A model generated the notes under the pieces. That model was not told the DNA's origin. It did not search any database and was given only the letters and a program-made list of their open reading frames with translations. The position numbers and the translations under genes were made by a program. A stretch of DNA of 64,000 bases from Planctomycetota bacterium (GTDB lineage Bacteria; Planctomycetota; UBA1135; UBA2386): contig JBKAGP010000001.1 of assembly GCA_046290465.1 (NCBI GenBank), positions 5,152,001 to 5,216,000 of the forward strand. Reading direction: 5' to 3'. Shown piece after piece: positions 1 to 10,142 of the stretch. Every line of letters starts with the position of its first letter. Position 1 is the first letter of the stretch.

Positions 1-10
1 TGGTCGGGGT

Positions 11-1069
11 TCATCGGCGGGGGCGGCGGCGCACCCGCGCCTTGCCGTTGGTCCTGACGGTCGCGACCGCGTCGAGTTCGAGCGGCGAGGTCTCGCCCCG
101 GCCGAAGTGGATCGCGCCGAGGCCGGCGATCATCGCGCCGTTGTCGGCGCAGAGCGACAACGGCGGCAGCACCAGCTCCAGTTCGCGCAGCCGCGCGTCC
201 TCGGCCAGCCGTTCGCGCAGGCGCAGGTTCTTGGCGACGCCGCCGCCGATGCACAGCGAACGGACCTCGTGCCGTTCGGCGGCGCGGCGCAGCTTGGTGA
301 CCAGCACGTCGACGATCGCCTCCTGGTAGGACGCGGCGAGGTCGCGCACCTGCTGCGCGGTCGGCGGCGCCTCGGGCTTGGGCCGACCCGGCGGCTCGAG
401 CGTGTAGAGCAGCGCCGTCTTGAGGCCCGAGAACGAGAAGTCGAGCGACTCCTTGTCGAGCAGCGTGCGCGGAAAGCGGTGCGCCTTGCGGTCGCCGGCC
501 ATCGCCTGCTCCTGGATCGACGGGCCACCCGGATAGGGCAGGCCGAGCAGGGCCGCGCCCTTGTCGAGCGCCTCGCCGGCGGCGTCGTCGCGGGTGGTGC
601 CGAGACGTTCGCTGCTGCCGGGCTCGGTCAGCCGGTAGAGCGCGGTGTGGCCGCCGGACGCGACCAGGCACAGCGCGGGCAGCGGCATGTCGGGCTCGGC
701 GAGCAGGCCGGTGTGCACGTGGGCCTGCACGTGGTCGACGCCGACCAGCGGCTTGTCGAACCGCCAGGCCAGCGCCTTGGCGGCGGCCATGCCGACCAGC
801 AGGCAGCCGACCATGCCCGGGCGGTGGGTGACCGCGATCGCATCGAGGTCCTCGGGCGCGACGTCGGCGTCCTCGAGCGCCTGCGTGACGATCGGCAGGA
901 TGCGCTCGGTGTGCGAACGGCTCGCCACTTCCGGCACGACGCCGCGCCAGCGCTTGTGCAGATCCACCTGCGAGTGGATCACGTTGCTGAGCACGCGATG
1001 GCCGTCCTGCACGACGGCGGCCGCGGTCTCGTCGCAGCTGGTCTCGATGCCGAGGATGTTCTGGGGCAC
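11..1069 (-). CDS. tsaD: tRNA N6-adenosine threonylcarbamoyltransferase TsaD
   Basis: ILGIETSCDETA N-terminus, HxxxH (HVQAH), SGGHT, DDAAGEA, FSFSGLKT, GGGV and DNGAMIA motifs; GTG start chosen at 1069 (the ORF track extends to 1105). Confidence 0.95.
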   Translation of the reverse strand: MPQNILGIETSCDETAAAVVQDGHRVLSNVIHSQVDLHKRWRGVVPEVASRSHTERILPIVTQALEDADVAPEDLDAIAVTHRPGMVGCLLVGMAAAKALAWRFDKPLVGVDHVQAHVHTGLLAEPDMPLPALCLVASGGHTALYRLTEPGSSERLGTTRDDAAGEALDKGAALLGLPYPGGPSIQEQAMAGDRKAHRFPRTLLDKESLDFSFSGLKTALLYTLEPPGRPKPEAPPTAQQVRDLAASYQEAIVDVLVTKLRRAAERHEVRSLCIGGGVAKNLRLRERLAEDARLRELELVLPPLSLCADNGAMIAGLGAIHFGRGETSPLELDAVATVRTNGKARVRRRPRR

Positions 1070-1174
1070 GGCCCCAGCATGGCGGCGCGACGCGCGCCGT
1101 GCCACCGTCGGCCCGGCCGCGTCGACGCCGACGCGGTCGAACGGGCGGCAGCGACGGGGCTCCGCCGCGAACGA

Positions 1175-2500
1175 TCAGTCGAGCTGCTTGCGCAGCGCCT
1201 CGAGCGCGGCCTGCAGCTGCGGGTCCTGGTCCGGCTTCAGCGGTGCTGCGACCGCCAGGTCGTGACGCTCGGCGACCGCCTGGAAACCCTCGCGGTAGGC
1301 GTCGGGCACCTCGGTCGCATGCAGGGCCGCATACAGGCGCACGTTGTCCTCGTGCGACACCGCGACCTCGACGTCCGGCAGGATGCCGCCCTTCTCCTTG
1401 TCGGCCGGGTTGCCGTCGGTCGCGTGGTTGCGCTCGATGTTGCGGCCGTTGGGCGTGCGGTAGCTGCCGGTCGTCAGCTTGAGCTTGAAGTCGTGGTCGG
1501 TCCACGAATAGACGGTGTTGACGTAGCCCTTGCCGTGCGTGCGCACGCCTACGACGACCGCGCGGCGATGGTCCTGCAGCGCCCCGGACAGCACCTCGCT
1601 GGCGCTCGCCGACTGCTCGTTGACGAGCAGCACCAGCGGCAGGTCCGGCCACTTGACCTCTTTGGGGCGCGCCTCGTAGACCTCGTCCTTGCCCTTGCGC
1701 CGGTGCTGCGTCGCGATCACGCCCTCGCGCAGGAAGCCGCGCGCGATCGCGAGGCACTGGTCGAGGCTGCCGCCGCCGTCGAAGCGCAGGTCGACGATCA
1801 GGCCGCGCAGCTCGCGCTGCTTCTCGAGCGCGCGAACGGCGTCGAACAGCTGCTTGCCGGCGGTCGGGTGGAAATCGGACAGGTAGAGGTAGCCGAGCCC
1901 CTGCGCCTCGTCGACGAAGTGCGTCCACTTGACGCACGGCCGCTGCACGTCGCCGCGTTCGACCTCGACCTGCAGCTGCCGTTCGCCGCGCCGCACGGTC
2001 AGCGCCACGGTCGTGCCGGCCTCGCCGCGCACCAGCTGGTGCACGTTCTGCCGCGATTCGGCGTCGTCGAGCGCCTTGCCGTCGACGGCGACGATCACGT
2101 CGCCGGGCAGCAGCCCGGCCTGCTCGGCGGGGCTGCCGTCGAACGGGAAGTGCAGCACGACCTGGTCCTCGAGCGCGGTCATCACGGCGCCGATGCCCTG
2201 GTAGTGGCCACTGCTGCTCTCGTCGTAGGCGGCGACCTTTTGCGGCGGGATGTAGCGGCTGTAGTCGTCGAGGCCGTCGACCATCCCGGCGATCGCGCGT
2301 TCGAGCAGTTCGTGTTCGTCCTGCTGCTCGATGTACGACTGCAGCACCTCGTGGTAGACGAGCTCCAGCGCCGACCGCTGGGGATCGGGCAGGTGCACGG
2401 AGCGGGAGCTGCCCAGGTAGGTGCCGATGGCGAACGCGGCGAGGATCAGCGCCCAGTTGACCACCAGGAACCACAGTGGCAGGCGCGGTTGCTGTGACAT
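1175..2500 (-). CDS. S41 family C-terminal processing peptidase (PDZ + S41 domain)
   Basis: N-terminal TM segment, GMVDGLDDYSRY, PDZ (GIGA, GSPAEQAGLLPGDVI), DLRFDGGG, SASASE catalytic Ser and THGKG; start MSQQPR at 2500. Confidence 0.9.
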   Translation of the reverse strand: MSQQPRLPLWFLVVNWALILAAFAIGTYLGSSRSVHLPDPQRSALELVYHEVLQSYIEQQDEHELLERAIAGMVDGLDDYSRYIPPQKVAAYDESSSGHYQGIGAVMTALEDQVVLHFPFDGSPAEQAGLLPGDVIVAVDGKALDDAESRQNVHQLVRGEAGTTVALTVRRGERQLQVEVERGDVQRPCVKWTHFVDEAQGLGYLYLSDFHPTAGKQLFDAVRALEKQRELRGLIVDLRFDGGGSLDQCLAIARGFLREGVIATQHRRKGKDEVYEARPKEVKWPDLPLVLLVNEQSASASEVLSGALQDHRRAVVVGVRTHGKGYVNTVYSWTDHDFKLKLTTGSYRTPNGRNIERNHATDGNPADKEKGGILPDVEVAVSHEDNVRLYAALHATEVPDAYREGFQAVAERHDLAVAAPLKPDQDPQLQAALEALRKQLD

Positions 2501-2524
2501 GCGGACAGCGTATGGTGAAGGGCG
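2501..2524. promoter_or_regulatory. Putative bidirectional leaderless promoter (overlapping -10 hexamers)
   Basis: 24-bp gap between divergent ATGs; TATGGT (+, 2511-2516) and TACGCT (-, 2507-2512) share one TA and lie 8 and 6 nt before the start codons. Confidence 0.55.
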
Positions 2525-4384
<1,860 letters not shown>

Positions 4385-4435
4385 GGATCGGGCGCGCTCG
4401 TTCGGGTCCCTTGGACGGGTTCGGAAGACCGTGGA

Positions 4436-5257
4436 TCAGAACGTCACCAGCGCCCCGAACTGGAAGCCGTCGACGACGAGATCGGTGTCGTAGCGGAAGC
4501 CGTTGGCGATGCCGCTCGCCGAGAACTCGCTGTAGCGCACGCCGGCGAACAGCTGGATGTCGCGCTGCGGCAGCTGGTAACTGAAGCGGGCCTCGAAGTC
4601 CTGCGACAGGTCCTCCATGTCGCCGCCGATCACGAACGACTCCGGCGCGATCGCGTAGTCGAGGTCGAGCGAGAAGTCCATCCAGGTGGCGCGCGCGCGC
4701 ACCGCGATGTAGACGATGTCGCCGTCGAGCTTGAGGTTCTGCGTGCGCGTGTTGGTGCTCTCACGACCGCGCATGTCCATCTCACGGGTCGCGAACACGC
4801 CGCCGGCGCCGAACTGCAGCCGCAGGTCCTCGTCGCGGTACTTGGTGCGGATGTCGGCGAACGGCTCGACGTAGCCGACCCGCAGTTCGTCCATCTCGGC
4901 GTAGATGCTCGCGAAGTCGCCGGCCAGCAGCCGGCCCCAGTCCGCCTGCAGCTCGTTGCTGCGCGACGTGTTCATGTCGAGCTTGTAGTACTCGCCGCGC
5001 AGGCCGCCGAAGCCGTCGCCGATGTCGACGCGCACGCCGACGTCCTCGCGAAAGCGGTCCTGTCCGAACCGCCGCAGCGGCTGTCGCGGGTTGTTGACGA
5101 TGTCGCTCGGCAGGGTGCCCTGCGACTGCATCTTGGTGTCGCCGCGCAGCTGGTAGAGCGCGAGGTACGGAGAGACGTGGATGACCGGTTCGGTCAGCAC
5201 CGTCGAGGTGCATCCCGTGAACGCCGCCGCCGCCAGGAGCACGACCAGTTGCCGCAT
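4436..5257 (-). CDS. Hypothetical outer-membrane beta-barrel-like lipoprotein
   Basis: Signal with lipobox-like FTGC, alternating amphipathic beta-strands, terminal Phe (GFQFGALVTF). Confidence 0.6.
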   Translation of the reverse strand: MRQLVVLLAAAAFTGCTSTVLTEPVIHVSPYLALYQLRGDTKMQSQGTLPSDIVNNPRQPLRRFGQDRFREDVGVRVDIGDGFGGLRGEYYKLDMNTSRSNELQADWGRLLAGDFASIYAEMDELRVGYVEPFADIRTKYRDEDLRLQFGAGGVFATREMDMRGRESTNTRTQNLKLDGDIVYIAVRARATWMDFSLDLDYAIAPESFVIGGDMEDLSQDFEARFSYQLPQRDIQLFAGVRYSEFSASGIANGFRYDTDLVVDGFQFGALVTF

Positions 5258-5334
5258 GCGGGGAGCGTAGGAGGCCGCGCAGCCGTGCGCCAGACCGCTG
5301 GCTTCGTGCGGCACGTTTCCTACGCTGGTGCGCG

Positions 5335-6039
5335 ATGACCGAAGCCTTCCTCGAACGCGACTTCAAGGCCTACGAGCGCCACCGCCAGGACGACCCCGAG
5401 TACAACGCGCTGCGCCTGAGCGTGCGCCGCAAGCTCAAGGCGATGGCGGACAAGGTCAAGAAGGAGGCCAAGGCGCTCGGCACCGACATGGGGGCGCAGG
5501 CCGGTCTGCACCATCCCTACACGTTCAACAGCTATCGGGTGCGCGAGCAGCGCGCTTACCTGTGCCGCGGTGCCAAGGAGCGCAAGAAGCTCGCGACGTT
5601 CTTCGGCGAGGCGCTCGGCAAGGACGCGGAGACGCACTACATCCAGACCGTGCTCGAGGTGTGTCTCGACGACGAGATCGTCGAGGCCGCGCTGCGCATC
5701 CACCCGCAGGCGTGGTGGGACGGCGAGAACCTCAAGAAGAAGCTGCTCAACGACCCGGAGGCGCTCGACGAGTTCTGCCAGAAGCTGAAGGCGTTGCCCG
5801 GTGGCTTCAACCTCAAGCTGCACGACTGGCGCGCGGACCACTGGTGCGCGTCGATCACGCCGGGTCACGTCAAGGAGCTGATGCAGCACTACACGCCGGG
5901 CGAGCACTGGCTGCACGTGCAGCGGCAGTTGCCGAAGGAGGACGCGCTCGAGATGGGCGAGGAGGCGGAGACGTGGGTCAGCAGCTCGCTGCTGTCGCTG
6001 CTGCCCGTCTACCACATGATCCTCTGGGACCCGAGCTAG
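5335..6039 (+). CDS. Conserved-looking hypothetical cytoplasmic protein
   Basis: 234-aa ORF with host-like codon usage; TACGCT -10-like hexamer 8 nt upstream; family not recognised. Confidence 0.75.
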   Translation: MTEAFLERDFKAYERHRQDDPEYNALRLSVRRKLKAMADKVKKEAKALGTDMGAQAGLHHPYTFNSYRVREQRAYLCRGAKERKKLATFFGEALGKDAETHYIQTVLEVCLDDEIVEAALRIHPQAWWDGENLKKKLLNDPEALDEFCQKLKALPGGFNLKLHDWRADHWCASITPGHVKELMQHYTPGEHWLHVQRQLPKEDALEMGEEAETWVSSSLLSLLPVYHMILWDPS

Positions 6040-6053
6040 GGGACCCGAGCTAG
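6026..6053 (+). repeat. 14-bp perfect tandem duplication GGGACCCGAGCTAG x2
   Basis: Copies at 6026-6039 and 6040-6053; the first contains the stop codon of the upstream CDS. Confidence 0.9.
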
Positions 6054-6113
6054 TGTAGTGCGTCCGATATCAGGGGCATTCTGCGGGCCCGAGGACGCCC
6101 GTGGGTGCGGCCG

Positions 6114-6146
6114 AAACGAAACGAGGCAGCCCCGGTGGCTGCCTCG
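6114..6146 (-). terminator. Intrinsic terminator-like hairpin
   Basis: 10-bp stem CGAGGCAGCC/GGCTGCCTCG (6122-6146) followed on the minus strand by TTTCGTTT. Confidence 0.7.
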
Positions 6147-6188
6147 CGCGTCTTGGACGTTCGGTCCGGATCGTCGTGGGCCCACCCG

Positions 6189-6248
6189 CTACGAGCGGGC
6201 GGGATAGCGGCCCTGGTGCGGGCACACGGCGGATCGGACGGTCGTCAT
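6189..6248 (-). CDS. Putative 19-aa leaderless leader peptide MTTVRSAVCPHQGRYPARS
   Basis: ATG 6 nt downstream of a TTGACA-17-TACCAA promoter; stop inside the hairpin CCCGCT-CGT-AGCGGG; terminator follows. Confidence 0.45.
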   Translation of the reverse strand: MTTVRSAVCPHQGRYPARS

Positions 6249-6254
6249 GCAGAC

Positions 6255-6283
6255 TTGGTAGGCGCGATCGGGCCGGCTGTCAA
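6255..6283 (-). promoter_or_regulatory. Sigma-70-type promoter
   Basis: Perfect -35 TTGACA (6278-6283), 17-nt spacer, -10 TACCAA (6255-6260). Confidence 0.65.
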
Positions 6284-6307
6284 TCGGCCCGGGCGCGGTC
6301 GGCGGCG

Positions 6308-7606
6308 CTACTTGCTCGGGTAGGTCTCCTTGACCCAGTCCGCCCAGCGCTCGTCGAAGTTCAGGAACGACAGCCCGTAGGCCTTCTTCAGGCCGTCGCG
6401 GGTGGCGCCGACCAGGTCGGTCTGGTCCGCCTGCCAGCTGGCGTTGACGCGGCCCTTCACCGTCATCAGGAACTCCTGCCACTTCTTCGGCCCCTTCGAC
6501 ATCAGGAAGTCGATGCGCGAGAAGATCATCACGTGGTCGTTGAACTTGATCTCGCCGAAGTCCCGCCACGCCGCGACCGTCGGGAACGGTTCGTACTTCT
6601 TGGTGTTGTGGAGCAGGTTCTTCGCGAACGGCTTCCACTTGGAGATCTTGCGCATGTCGGCGACCGAGCCCTCGTTCTGGTCGAAGCTCGACCAGCGGCC
6701 GTCGATGCGGCGTGAGTTCCAGTGGCCGAAGCCCTCCTTGATCCAGACCGGGATGTCGTAGGCGTAGTAGCGGAAGCCGTCGAGCAGGTTCTGGCTGACG
6801 TTGAACGCGAGCGCGCAGTGCAGCGCGGTGTCGTGCTTGAGCGGGAAGTCGTTGGACTCGGTCGGGCACGCGAACAGCAGGCAGCTGGCCTCGGTGAAGT
6901 GCCAGCGCTGCGGGAACTTCGAATTGCGGCCGACCCACGCGCTCAGGTACTGCCGGTAGGTCGCCTCCTTCTCGAAGACCAGCACCAGGTACTTGCCGCG
7001 CATGCCCAGGTACGGGCCGTAGCCCATGTAGGTCTTCTTCGGGTCGACGACGACCTTGCTCGGATCCTGCGGGAAGCTCTCGTCGGTGACGCCGAACAGC
7101 TCCATCGTCTCGGAGTAGAGCTTCTCCATCCGATACGCGGTCAGGTGCGCGCGAAGCCACGGGTCGAGCCGCCGCGTCTTCGGGTTGATCTTCGGCATCA
7201 CCTTCTTCAGCTCGGTGAGCTCGGCGCGGATCTTCTTCTTGGTGGCCGCTTCGGTCGGCACCTGCCACTGCGGCAGCTCGATGCCGAACCGGAAGTGCTT
7301 CGTCTCCATCCAGATGATGTTGACGTACTCGAGCTTCTGAGCGATGTCCTGCGATTGCACCGGGTCGGCCGCCAGGCTGCCGAACTCGAACGGCCCGTAG
7401 TTCAGGTAGCCGGCCTTCGCCATCGCCTTCGGGTCGTTCTTGGTGTAGGGGTCGATCTTCCACTTGTCCTTGCGGCTCTGCGCCGGCAGCGCGGCGGCGC
7501 CGGCGACCAGGACCGCCAGCAGCAGTCGCGGCAGCAATCGCGGCAGCACTTGCAGGCTGGGCTTCGGCACGAGGGCGGACGAACGGGTCGATGGGGTGTG
7601 GTTCAC
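6308..7606 (-). CDS. Secreted hypothetical protein with degenerate gluzincin-like region
   Basis: Signal peptide ending ALPA-Q; IPVWIKEGFGHW resembles the PxWxxEG motif of MA peptidases, but no HExxH; GTG start is inferred. Confidence 0.75.
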   Translation of the reverse strand: MNHTPSTRSSALVPKPSLQVLPRLLPRLLLAVLVAGAAALPAQSRKDKWKIDPYTKNDPKAMAKAGYLNYGPFEFGSLAADPVQSQDIAQKLEYVNIIWMETKHFRFGIELPQWQVPTEAATKKKIRAELTELKKVMPKINPKTRRLDPWLRAHLTAYRMEKLYSETMELFGVTDESFPQDPSKVVVDPKKTYMGYGPYLGMRGKYLVLVFEKEATYRQYLSAWVGRNSKFPQRWHFTEASCLLFACPTESNDFPLKHDTALHCALAFNVSQNLLDGFRYYAYDIPVWIKEGFGHWNSRRIDGRWSSFDQNEGSVADMRKISKWKPFAKNLLHNTKKYEPFPTVAAWRDFGEIKFNDHVMIFSRIDFLMSKGPKKWQEFLMTVKGRVNASWQADQTDLVGATRDGLKKAYGLSFLNFDERWADWVKETYPSK

Positions 7607-7617
7607 GGCGGTGGTTC

Positions 7618-8553
7618 CTACAGCTTGTCGAGCCATTGCTTGGCGAGGTTGATGGCCTGGAAGCTCGACAGCTTCTCGAGCGGCTTCTCGCCGTGCAGCA
7701 CGCGGGCGGTGTTGATCGCCTCGCGTTTGACCGCGAAGTCCGGGGACTCGAGGTAGCTGCGCAGCAGCATCTTCTGCTCCTTGACCATCAGGTGGCGCAG
7801 CAGCCGCAGGCCGGCCATCTGGTCGGTCGGCCGGGCCTGGCCGATGCGCTCCCAGACCTTCATCGCGGTCTTCGCCGAGCGCGCGGGCGCCAGCGTCGCG
7901 GCGAGCAGGTCTTTGTGCTCGGCCCAGCGGCGCTTGGCGACGCCGATCACGGTGTCGAGGCCGTCGGGCTCGCCGAGCGCGAGCATGCCCAGCGCGGCGT
8001 AGAACGCGATGTCCTGGTCCTTGTCCTTCAGCGTCGCCTTCAGCACGGGCTTCAGGTCGCCGTCGTGCATGCCGGCGAGGCGGCGCATCAGCCAGCGGCG
8101 CCACTCGACGCTCTTGCGCTGGGTCTCTCGCGCCAGCAGTGCTGTGTGGCGGCGGTCGGTGACCTGCTCGAGCACCGCGAACACCGACTCGTTGGCGTTG
8201 TCGGCCTTGTCGTTGACCAGCGGGATCAGCACCGGCGCCGCGCCGGCGCCGATCTTGACGAGCTTCTTTACGGCGGCCTCGCGCAGCTTCTCCTGCTTCT
8301 TGCGGAACTGCTTGGCGATCGCGCGCACGCGGTCGTTCTCGGCCTTCTTGAGGTCGGGCCACTCGGACAGCTTCTCGACCTTCTGCTGGCCGGGATCCTG
8401 CTTCTGGCCGGCATCACGCTGGCACGTGGCCGGGGCGCCGAGGGCCAGCGACAGGGTCGCCAGCAGCGCGAGTTTCAGCAGCGCGAGTTTCAGCAGGGAG
8501 AGTTTCGGGAGCGAGAGGTTCCGGAGCGAAGGGGTCACGGCGGTGCGGTTCAC
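7618..8553 (-). CDS. Secreted HEAT/ARM-repeat-like hypothetical protein
   Basis: Signal peptide and helical repeats (LREAAVKKLVKIG, LKDKDQDIAFYAALGM, LESPDFAVKREAI); GTG overlaps the upstream stop (GTGA). Confidence 0.75.
   Translation of the reverse strand: MNRTAVTPSLRNLSLPKLSLLKLALLKLALLATLSLALGAPATCQRDAGQKQDPGQQKVEKLSEWPDLKKAENDRVRAIAKQFRKKQEKLREAAVKKLVKIGAGAAPVLIPLVNDKADNANESVFAVLEQVTDRRHTALLARETQRKSVEWRRWLMRRLAGMHDGDLKPVLKATLKDKDQDIAFYAALGMLALGEPDGLDTVIGVAKRRWAEHKDLLAATLAPARSAKTAMKVWERIGQARPTDQMAGLRLLRHLMVKEQKMLLRSYLESPDFAVKREAINTARVLHGEKPLEKLSSFQAINLAKQWLDKL
8461..8520. repeat. 15-bp tandem repeat (about 4 copies, degenerating) within a signal-peptide coding region
   Basis: CAGCAGCGCGAGTTT x2, then CAGCAGGGAGAGTTT and CGGGAGCGAGAGGTT; encodes NLSLP-KLSLL-KLALL-KLALL. 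Confidence 0.8.
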
Positions 8554-9236
8554 GGGTTCTCGGGTTGCGGGGGCTGGATCCAGTCGGGCATGTCGTCGCG
8601 GTAGTCGGGGTGCAGGAAGGTGACCTTCTTGCCGATCTCCTTGCGCTTCTGCCGCCAGTACTGCTGCCACTCGACGGCGCTGTGCGTGATGAAGCCGACC
8701 TGCAGCGCGTCGACGTAGTCCGCCATCACCAGCTGCGACTCGTAGCGTTCGAAGGCGCTGACGACGAAGAAGCCGTGCGGCAGCTCGATCGGCTCGCTGA
8801 CGGCGTTGAGGGTCAGTTCGTCGAACAAGAACATCGCGACCGGCAGCAGCGCCGACTGGCGCGTCAGGTTGCTGCGCGACTTGTGTTCGATCAGCTTGGA
8901 GCGTTCTTCGAGTTCCTTGATGTTGGTCGCGACCGAGCGCAGGCCCTCGGCCAGCGACTTCTGTTCGGCGCGTTGCTCGGGGAACTCACGCTGCGCCAGC
9001 TTCAGCTGCAGCACGTGCTCGCGCATCGCCCACACGTACTTGGTGCGCACGCCGAGCTCGGGGCGGTACGACGCCAGCCATTCGTAGTACGGCTGCAGCT
9101 CGTCGAACGTGATGGTGATGCCGTCGATCTCGATCAGGCGCGGGTCCTGGCGCGGATCGGGCCGCTGGTCGCAGGCCGCCAGCAGCAGCGTCGCGGCGAT
9201 CGCGGTCGAGGAGAGGATGGAGGGGCGTGCGTTCAC
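8550..9236 (-). CDS. Lipoprotein with parvulin/SurA-like remnant
   Basis: Lipobox LAAC; IDGITITFDEL (SurA N-like) and VSEPIELPHGFFVV (parvulin C-terminal-like). Confidence 0.7.
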   Translation of the reverse strand: MNARPSILSSTAIAATLLLAACDQRPDPRQDPRLIEIDGITITFDELQPYYEWLASYRPELGVRTKYVWAMREHVLQLKLAQREFPEQRAEQKSLAEGLRSVATNIKELEERSKLIEHKSRSNLTRQSALLPVAMFLFDELTLNAVSEPIELPHGFFVVSAFERYESQLVMADYVDALQVGFITHSAVEWQQYWRQKRKEIGKKVTFLHPDYRDDMPDWIQPPQPENP

Positions 9237-9916
9237 GGGGTGTCCAGCTTCGAGAGGAACGAACAGACCGGGCCGGTCACGTGCTGATATGTCGCTGCCA
9301 GCTGGTCGGCAACGCGCGGCATGTCGGCGACCGCCAGCGGCGTCGGGTAGCTGCTGGTGTTCTCGATCCAGATCGAGCGCTGGTCCTGCGGCCAGGTCTC
9401 GATGCGGACCTGGAAGGTCTCCTGCTGCGCGTCGTGCGGCGGGAACACGTAGCGCACCCCGAGCGATGCCATCGGCCGTCCGAACGCGTTGCCGCCGTCG
9501 GCGACCGAAGGCATCAGCCGCCGCGACAGGAACTCGCGGCCGTCCTGGAAGTGCCGCGGCGCGACCAGCGAGCGCACCACGAACTGCTGCATCACCGTCT
9601 GCGGGATGTTCAGCGTCTGCAGCGCGGTGGTGGCGACATTGACGGCGCGGGTCGCGAAGTCCTCGACGGTGGTGCCCCGCATCTCCTCGCGCAGCACGAG
9701 CCGGTCGAACCGGAAGCTCGCCATCGAGACCTGGCCGGGTGTCTGCGGCAGGTTGCTCAGGTGGATGCCGTCCGGCGCAACCTGGAAGTTCTGGTAGCCG
9801 AGTTGGGGCTGACGGTACAGCGTGTTGTGGACGTTCTGGACGAGGTCCGCCCGCAGCTGCTGCGGCGGGTAGAGGATCTCGGCCGCGAAGGCGATCGTGC
9901 GGGGGTCGTAGCTCAT
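9233..9916 (-). CDS. Hypothetical cytoplasmic protein (possibly TIGR04255-like)
   Basis: 227-aa ORF with host codon usage; first gene of a translationally coupled operon; family call is tentative. Confidence 0.7.
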   Translation of the reverse strand: MSYDPRTIAFAAEILYPPQQLRADLVQNVHNTLYRQPQLGYQNFQVAPDGIHLSNLPQTPGQVSMASFRFDRLVLREEMRGTTVEDFATRAVNVATTALQTLNIPQTVMQQFVVRSLVAPRHFQDGREFLSRRLMPSVADGGNAFGRPMASLGVRYVFPPHDAQQETFQVRIETWPQDQRSIWIENTSSYPTPLAVADMPRVADQLAATYQHVTGPVCSFLSKLDTP

Positions 9917-10142
9917 TGCCCGCGGCCCATGCTAAGGGCCGTGTCCGGCCACACTAGTGCCGCCCGGGGATTCGCGTCTCCGATCGGGCCGGCTCGATGC
10001 GAGCAGCTGCGGCAAAACGGGAGGGATCGGTTCGGTGCTGCGTCTGCTCGACCCGATAGGGCGACAATTGGCCGCCCTGGCTGGCCTTGCCGGTAGCAGT
10101 GGCTAAGCTGCTCGCCCCATTTCCCTCGATCCCGATCCCAAG

